Positions 54,210 through 64,000 of a stretch of DNA of 64,000 nucleotides are shown piece by piece; within the stretch, counting starts at the first letter, position 1; every line of letters begins with the position of its first letter. Source of the stretch: Octopus vulgaris (taxonomy: Eukaryota); assembly GCA_951406725.2 (NCBI GenBank), contig OX597821.1:82398001-82462000 (forward strand). Direction: 5' to 3'. Position numbers and translations under genes: made by a program. The notes under the pieces were generated by a model. The model searched no databases. It was not told the DNA's origin and was given only the letters and a program-made list of their open reading frames with translations.

Positions 54210-54810
54210 TGCCAACCACTCTGTGAGTGTAGTGGGTGCTTTTTATGTGCCACCGACACAGGTGCCAGACGAGGCTGGCGAACGGCCACACTCGGAGGGT
54301 GCTTTTTACGTGCCACCGGCACGGAGGCCAGGCAAGGCTGGCAACGGCCACGATCGAATGGTGTTTGTTACGTGCCACCAGCATTGAGGCCAGTCGATGC
54401 GGTGCTGGCTACGGCCATGTTCGGATGGTTCTCTTATGTGTCACCAGCACTGGTACCACAAACTACAAATTCCATTGATGTTGATCGATTTCGATTTCAA
54501 TTTGATTTTTTGATTCTTTGATTTTCACTTGCCTCAACAGGTCTTCACAAGTAGAGTTATGTGTCCCAAGAAGGAAGGTATGCACAAGTGGACTGACTAC
54601 GTCCCAGGTAGGGGCCACGGGTTATGGCCTCACTTGTCCTGCCGGGTCTTCTCACGCACGGCATACTTCCAAAGGTCTCGGTCTCTGGTCATTTCCTCGG
54701 TGAGACCTAAAGAGCGAAGGTCATGCTTCACCACCTCGTCCCAGGTTTTCCTGGGTCTACCTCTTCCACAGGTTCCCTCAACCACTAGGGTGTGGCACTT
54801 TTTCACACAA
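54210..54810 (-). mobile_element. RTE LINE 3' end (ORF C-terminus + UTR)
   Basis: Reverse complement of the 5231-5700 family (GRGRPRKTWDEVVKHDLR). Confidence 0.9.
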
Positions 54811-56258
54811 CTTATATATATATATATATAAATGTGTGTGTGTGGTGGAGTATATCTTTGTATCTATGTTTGTCCTCCACCACCACTTGGCAGCCATTGC
54901 TGGTGTATATACATTCCCATAACTTAGCAGTCTGGCAAAAGAGACCAAGTTTTAAAATAAAGCACTAAATCAATTCATTCAACTAAAATTTTTCAAGGTT
55001 GGGACCCAGCATGGCTCCAGTCTAATTTCATTGGCTGGAATGTTGTATCTGTTCATAATAATTCAGTTCGGACTGCTCTATGTAATCACTCAGCCACCTA
55101 CGAATTGCAACCAAATTGATCCACTCACGTCATAGAGAAGGACATGCAGAATAATTTAGTTCTAGACTCCATGAACATAGGAAACAAATATAGAATGGAC
55201 ACTAGTGGAAAGCTTTTCATCAAAGGTCTGCTTAATTAGAGCTATCCTGGGGTTAAACAGCGATAACAATCTGTGTTAGGTGTACCATCCTATAGAGACC
55301 TACCCACCCCCAATTAGTCCTACCATTTCAATTAGGCCCACCACTCTAATTAGACCTATATTCTAATTAGACACTCTACCCAAATTAGAACTACCGTCAT
55401 TAACCTTTTCTTGACATTAATTCTAATAATAATTTAGTCACTGAATGTTAAAATTGATTTTCCAAATAGTCAAGAATTTAGAGATATATAGTGAAATAAT
55501 TCTAAGATATATATATCTATATGTATGTACATATATACATATGTTGGGTTATCGGAAAAATTTTTTACTACTTGGCTCTCATTTATATGTCTGGAAAGTG
55601 GTAAAATTTATTCAAATTTCAAAAACAAACAAAAGTTGCAGCGGAAGAATATAGCTACAAGAAGAACCATAAAATGCTACAATAAAAATGTTTTGTGCAT
55701 TAATTCAAATAACATTAGAAAGGATTAAAATAAATGGAAAGAAAAATCGAATTTGTTTGACAACCTTGTATATATATCATCATTATCATCATCATCATCA
55801 TTTTTTAACATCTGTTTTCCATGCTGGCATGGGTTGGACGATTTGACCAGAGCTGACAAACCAGAGAGCTGCACCTGGTTCCAGTTTGATATAGTTAGAT
55901 TTCTACTGCTGGATACTCCCCCCCCCCAACACCAACCAGTTCACAGTGTGTGCTGGATATTGTTAAGGTGGCACTGACACCAACACTTTCACATGACACC
56001 GGAATGAGTGGTTTTTACATGGCACCAGTACAGGACTTTGCAGGCCAATCCTCTTCACTAGCAGATGTGACCTTAACACTTCTGCTGTGAAGGAAGGATC
56101 TTCTTAAGTACAGCAAGGCGCCAGGTATCTTGGTCCTTTGTCATCTCATTTGAAAGGTTCAGCACTTTGAGGTTGTCCTTCAATACTTTTCCCCATGTCT
56201 TCTTGGATTACTCTGTTCCAAGTCCTTATATGTATATATATATATATATATATACACA

Positions 56259-57061
56259 CTACATATGTAGGAAATTCTGTCTGTGGGTGTGTTTGTTGAG
56301 TTGTTAGCTAACTCCTCCTACATCGTTTTATTGATTTTGATGAAACTTAACACGTGAGTAGAACTCATGTGAGGAAACCTCATGGCATACTCAGATTGTT
56401 GAAAAAAAAAATCGATAATAGGGCCCCTGGAAGGGATCCTTATATATAGCCAAGGGAAATATCCCATTCATTTTCCTAAATTATTTGGTAACAATGAAAT
56501 TAAGTATGCTTATTTCTTAGTATTTGAACAGTTAGAGTTATTTTTTTTGCAATTTATCCTGTACAACCCTTAAATAAGTAAATAGTATTTTCCTAAACTA
56601 TATATGCACTTATTTCAGTTAGTGACTAATTCATGAATATACCAACACTAGTGCCCCTGAGGGTAATTTTCTCTGGGAATGCACAAAAGCCCTTTTCAGA
56701 GTTATTTACATTGAACTGTTATTTCATATCTGATTAGCCTGTTATTACGTAACATGCTTCATGATTTTATTATACATACCTTATTAGTATTTCCTCCTAT
56801 GTTCTATATACTCTGGGAACACATTAAAGCCCTTTTGGGGGCTACTTTATCTGAATTCTTACTATTGGGTAACTAATTTCATGTTATTGTATAATTAACC
56901 TCACAATTTGGGTATTCATAACTTATTGGGAAATCCTGAAAACAAGATCCTGTGTAAGACAGTTCGGTATTCTCTGTATTATTGGATTAGTGGAATAATT
57001 ATGAGAATAGAGCCAAGAGATAAGCCCCACTTTCCCAGGAATTACCGGGTACGTCAGCTAG
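56259..57061 (+). mobile_element. Non-autonomous Helitron
   Basis: 5' ...AAATTCTGTCTGT, GATTTTGATGAAACTT motif, 3' hairpin CCCAGG..CCGGG followed by CTAG|T. Confidence 0.7.
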
Positions 57062-57536
57062 TATATATTATATACGTATATATACATACATAACATATAC
57101 ATATATAAATATGTGTGTGTATGTATGTATGTATGTATTCAAGTAGTATATTCCTGATTATGGCATATAACAGATCAGAGTTATGGTACAACAAATGTGT
57201 TTTTCTTGGACTTTCTTTTCCTTCTTTCTGGACTTTTCCTCTTTCCCCCTTCTGACGAAGATTTATGCTCTAAATGTCACACCTCACTGATTTTACCATC
57301 TTAAACTTTCTCTGAGCACCAACCTGATACATTCACTGTGTAAGTCCTTTTGACTTACGTTGTTTTTCCTGTTTTTGTTTTTATTTTTGGTTTGCTCATA
57401 TATATTTTAATAATTTGTTTAGGCATAGTGAGACTAATAACCTGGTGTAGAACTCAATTATATATGAGTATAGAGTGGTAACAGAAAACAAAGATATGAA
57501 ACTGGAAAAACCAAATGTTATGTAATGAACTTCATT

Positions 57537-57617
57537 AGCTTACAGTTGTTTCTGCTATAGGATGTGGTTGACTCTTAGTTGAATACCAGGACAACATTCT
57601 ATAGTTTCATCAGAGTC
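57537..57617 (-). ncRNA. Type I hammerhead ribozyme (long helix II)
   Basis: CUGAUGA-AA-CUAUAGAAUGU...ACAUCCUAUAG-CA-GAAA-CAACUG-UA^AG. Confidence 0.7.
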
Positions 57618-58274
57618 TTGAATATACAGAGCACTTTATTTGGTAAAATTACATTTTCAGAACATACAGGCATTATGAGTGAGAAATTTTATGTTGATAG
57701 CTATGGAAAGTTCCCTCCCAGGGTAGAAAAAAGTATGCAAATTTACTTATGCGCTTAGGGTAGAATTAAAAGGGAGATATATGGGTAGACACACACACTT
57801 GTTCATATACATATCTATAGACATACATATATGTACACAAATGTACTCAGACAGACATTTGTACACACATAGGGTAGTGACAGGGGATTTTCATATATAT
57901 TTATATACAGTCACTCATATGTGTGTGGTTTAAGTATGTCTATATGTTGAACACCACAGATTCTGAAGTAAGAGACAAAGAACAAAATGCTTGTAGGGTC
58001 ATTGAGATTGTTTAAGAGATAATAGAAGAACTGGGGTAAGTATCGGTCATCCTAGTGCTTAGGGGTTTTTGTGTTTTTGTCTTGAGGTGTGTGTGTGTTG
58101 CTTGACATTTTTCTACTCCACCAAATCAGAGTACTCATATCTCACTGAGGTCAACTTTGTTTTCACCCTTTGGGTATCAATAAATATATATAGTGTTCAT
58201 CATAAACTAGGAGAGGAGGAATAATACCAGCCCCAAATTTCTGGTTTTGTGATTATCTTAGGTGCAATCATTGT

Positions 58275-58490
58275 TATCATTTCTCTTTTTCACAGGTTTT
58301 GTTGGAGCTCCTGGAGTCTTACATGCAGAGTGGTCTTGCTGCTTTCAGCCTACAGTACCATGCTGTCCATTCTTTTCAGCTAACTTATACTTTCCAGATA
58401 ATTCTGGCCATACCAAAGAAGCAAATCTTTTGTAACAGTTCTACTGGGTACTTTATTCCAATTTCCTTTATGCCTTCTGATACTGATCCC
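58275..58490 (-). pseudogene. R4/Dong-like LINE 3' end beside (TAA)n
   Basis: GSVSEGIKEIGIKYPVELLQKICFFGMARIIWKV* resembles R4-clade RLE C-termini. Confidence 0.65.
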
Positions 58491-58565
58491 ATATTATTAT
58501 TATTATCATTATCATTATTGTTGTTGTTGATGTTGTTGTTGTTACTATTATTATTATTATTATTT

Positions 58566-58994
<429 letters not shown>

Positions 58995-59261
58995 TTGCTA
59001 TTATTATTATTATTATTATTATCATCATCATCATCATCATCGTTATCATCTTCTTTCAGTTCTGTTTCCATTTCTACCCAAGTGTTTTCCTGTCACCCTA
59101 GGGCTGAGAAACTCACTGCATACAATGGTAGGCCATTGCAATAAATCCACCAGATTGTTCATTTACAAGATCTTGTGATACAGTAAAGATGGAAGAAAGA
59201 CAGAGGGGGAAATGAAAAAAAGTAAACAAATAAAATAAAGGGGAAAAAAAAGAAAGAAAAT

Positions 59262-59436
59262 TCACAGCGACAATGCTCTTCTCAGTACGTGTGCTGTACC
59301 AGTTAAGACAATCTTTTGCACTTCCTGCATGAATGGTAAGCCAGGGATCATTCTCAAATAATTTTCATTTCCATTTTTGATCATTTCAAGTGCTCCTACA
59401 ATCACTAATATTGTAACCATCTTGAGATGCCATATC

Positions 59437-59437
<1 letters not shown>
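59262..59437 (-). pseudogene. R4/Dong-like LINE 3' end beside (TAA)n
   Basis: VIVGALEMIK...EVQKIVLTGTAHVLRRAL* motif; 5'-truncated at a TAA array. Confidence 0.75.
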
Positions 59438-59495
<58 letters not shown>

Positions 59496-60084
59496 GATCA
59501 TTATTGAGTGAGAGGGCAGTGCATGCCATCAAAGTGACACTGGGATAAAATATACCCAGTATTCCCATCATGACTACCCGTCTGATAAGGATACACCAGG
59601 CACATGCATCACAACCATATGTGCACAGCATTGTGATCTCATATCTAGATAAACAGTGCATGACCTTGCAGGTGGGGGCCCAGTTAGAATTTTCTTCTGG
59701 CCGAGTAACCCATCCCGTTCAAAAGGTCCCTGGATAAGGATTGTTTAAGGATGTTGAACGAACCACCCTTGTTTCCAAAGGCGAATTATCCAAACCTCCA
59801 AGAATTCCTTTCAACACACAGCTATGATGCTCCCCCACTACTTCTGCTCGTGATCAGAGATGCACATATCATCAGCCACTAAGGGACATGCTCTACTGGT
59901 TAAGGTCAAACAACGGACAAGCAAATTTGTGGTATTGAGCAGAATGTTTACTGTAGTCCATCTTTTATACCAAGACAAAACAATCTACATGATAACACTT
60001 CCAATCAGTTAAGATCAGAAGCCATAAGGGTCACTGCCTGGTACTGCATCAGGGTATATTATCATCATCATCATTATTATTATT

Positions 60085-60410
60085 AAAGGAGCATTCTGTC
60101 GGTTACGACGATGAGGGTCCCACCTGATATGATCAATGGAACAGCTTGCTCATGAAATTAACATGCAAGTGGCTGAGCACTCCACAGACACACATACCCT
60201 TAATGTAGTTCTCAGGGAGATTCAGTGTGACACAGGATGTGACAAGACTGACCCTTTGAAATACAGGTACAACTCATTTGTGCCAGCTGAGTGGACTGGG
60301 GCAACGTGAAATAAAGTGACTTGCCCAAGGACAAAATGCATCGCCAGGAATTGAACTCACGTCCTTATGATCATGAACTGAATGCCCTAACCACTAAGCC
60401 ACACACCTTC
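60085..60410 (-). mobile_element. tRNA SINE with a Meta-like head and the 30.2 kb-type 3' domain
   Basis: CCTTGGGCAAGTCACTTT..CCAGTCCACTCAGCTGG plus GTGGAGTGCTCAGCCACTTGC. Confidence 0.75.
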
Positions 60411-60426
60411 ACATTATTATCATAAC

Positions 60427-60480
<54 letters not shown>

Positions 60481-60512
60481 CATTATCATCATCATTATCA
60501 TTGTTGTTGTTT

Positions 60513-60565
<53 letters not shown>

Positions 60566-60948
60566 GGTGGTGCTATTATTAAAAGGGCATTAGATGAACA
60601 AAAACAGCTGGAACTCATTTCAGCTGAGACCACTGGAACAATGAGAAATGAAAAGTTTTGTATAGGGACAGAACTCACCACCCAGATCAGAAATTGAACC
60701 TACTGCATTACGCTTACAAACCCTATGCCCTAACCCCTAGGCGACATGTTTTCACATGGCCCTACACTAATCACAATATCCACTTCTTCATCCCCAGATT
60801 GTCAACCTGCTTTGCCCAAATGTTCCATGCTTCTGTCCCCTTATATCTGCACAAGAGAATCAGGCTTGTTATGGAGGTCCTAAGAACACTATATGCACAG
60901 TTTTTTCCCTGTCAACCAACCATTAAAAAAAAATATATTTTTGTATAT

Positions 60949-61400
<452 letters not shown>

Positions 61401-61918
61401 GAATGTGAATGAAATTTATACAGCTCATGGTTATATATAAACATATACATACATGCCATGTATATTACATAGACATGCATCTGTAAATGCCCTCAGACAT
61501 TTTATTACTTAATTATATATGTAGCATTCTAATTAGGTTTAAATGAAGAATGACAGATGGATATATACATTGAAGAGTACATGTGCATCAAGTGTGTCTG
61601 TGGGTGAATATACAAATGTAAGTTTTGTTTTGCTATTAGTATACACAAACACAGTTCAGTGTGCATGTATACACCCAACTGCACGTATGTTTGCACACAT
61701 GTCTGCATGCATCCACATGAATGTGTGTGCATATATGCATACTGAATGCTAATGGACCATAAGTGCATGTGCTCACATTTGTCATATACACATACATAAA
61801 CACACACACATATATATTCATATATGTATATATGTATGTATATGTATATATATATATACATATATGTATGTATATATGTATATATATATATATGTATATA
61901 TATGTGTATATATATATG

Positions 61919-61949
<31 letters not shown>

Positions 61950-62009
61950 ATACATATATATATATAAATACATATATAAATAAATACATATATATATACA
62001 TGCATACAA

Positions 62010-62045
<36 letters not shown>

Positions 62046-62341
62046 GTTATATATTTATATTCATATATTTGTGTGTGTGCGTGCGTGTGTGTGTGTGTGT
62101 GTGTGTAGACAACTCGGCCTTTTGCCCAATTTCCATCTTCTTACTGCAGCTCTCCCTTGACACCACTTACTTTTCTCAATACCCAAATCCATTTCATTTA
62201 TCATCCATCCTTCATCCATTAATAACTGCTCTATCCACCCACGCTTTCATTGATCATCACCGTCCCCACTGATCCACCAAAATTATCTCTCCCCTCCTCC
62301 ATCACCACCATAAGTCTCTTAACCACCTCATGCACTACACC

Positions 62342-62375
<34 letters not shown>

Positions 62376-63211
62376 CTACCTCACTTCTGCAAACTATCCA
62401 ACATCATGTCACCTCTCACCCAGCCTTCTCCTGTCTACTTTATCCTTATTACCATTCTGCTGTTCTGCACTGTCAGTCATCTCCTTCTCACTCTCCCCAT
62501 AGCTTTCACCCAGCCAAACTCCTGGTCCCTCTGTACCACTCTCATTTCTGTCTACTTAGTAACCTGAAGGTCCACCCTGATGCCTCATCACTACACCCAA
62601 CCATTCATGTCCTCTCTTTTGAAATGCAAATAGTATAGTCCCATAGCTCCTCTACAGCAAAAAAATTTGTTCTGCTCTTACCCTTCTCAAACATTTTTAC
62701 CACCTATCTCCCAGCTGAAAGGTGCACCCGCAGGATTTCTAGTCTTGCAAGCTGCATGGTGACCCCATTAGTGCCGGTGGAATGAAACAAAGCACCTAGT
62801 ACATGTCACAATATGGTTGACATTCGGAAGGGCATCCAGCTGTACAGACCATGTGCAAAGGAGACTCAGTAGCACATTGAAGTACTTGGCCCATTGGATC
62901 TTTTCAAACTGTCCAGTCTTGTCAGCATGGAACAGTTGTTAAATGATGGTGATGATAGTAATGGTGACACACACATACACACACACACACACACACATAT
63001 ATATACACATGCACAAACACAAAAACTTACACATATACATATACACACATATATTTCCTTATACATGAATATATATATATAGATACAAACACACACATAC
63101 ATAATATGTATAAATAAGCATATGCATGTGCATATACATACATACATACATATATATATATATACACACATACAAACGTTCATAAACACACACACACATA
63201 TACAGATATGA

Positions 63212-63281
<70 letters not shown>

Positions 63282-63756
63282 GTGTGTGTATGTATGTATG
63301 TATGTATGTATGTATGTATATGCGTGGGTGGGTGTGAACATGTTTGAGAGGCTGTATATGTTACATATAACTAACATGTGACAGCACGTACAAATAACAA
63401 TTGACTGATGTAATTAAAAATGTGTGTGTCTGGTGTTGTTGTAGATGTTATCACCAATAACTTCTTGGTGGTGGTGGTGGTGGTGTTGGTGGTGGCGATG
63501 GCAGTGAAGGCAGTACTGGTAGTATTGGTGATTGGTGTTGGTGGGATTATTGCTATATTGGACACACTCCCACATAAATATGCAGACTTTAAGAAATATC
63601 CATCTAAATAAATTATCAATTTATCTACTAGGTTAAGCAATCATTTCTGACAAATATTTCTCCTTCACTCTCTCCCTCTGTATCTCTCTCTGTCTTTGCA
63701 TGGATGTATACAATTCTGTTTGCATATATATATATATACATGTACTTATCTATCTT

Positions 63757-63830
<74 letters not shown>

Positions 63831-64000
63831 TGTGTGTGTCTGTGTCTGTGTGTGTGTGTGTGTATATATGTATCTGTATATTTATATATATATATATATA
63901 TATATTCCCTGCTTCCATTTCCTGAGCGCCTATTAATAATAATACTGTAATTGTTCCATTGTTGTTGTTTTTTTGTTTCCGTTTGGATTAAAATTATATA

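Overview
AT-rich, microsatellite-saturated eukaryotic DNA. The repeat landscape looks like coleoid cephalopod, most likely Octopus; this is inferred from the SINE/RTE families, not from a database match. No intact protein-coding gene is visible, and almost all listed ORFs are translations of (TA)n/(CA)n/(ATC)n/(ATT)n tracts or SINEs. The window holds tRNA-derived SINEs of several families, RTE and R4/Dong-type LINE fragments, decayed Tc1/mariner elements, Helitron/Helentron and piggyBac-type non-autonomous elements, and a few candidate isolated exons. The main hidden signal is a dense set of type I hammerhead ribozyme (HHR) motifs. About 10 have a complete CUGANGA...GAAA...UH core and about 10 more are decayed. 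They come from several unrelated short elements sitting in (TA)n tracts, nearly all with a palindromic helix III (dimer-type HHR). Several occur in head-to-head foldback structures of the same polarity, which suggests a very abundant non-autonomous Penelope-like/retrozyme system.
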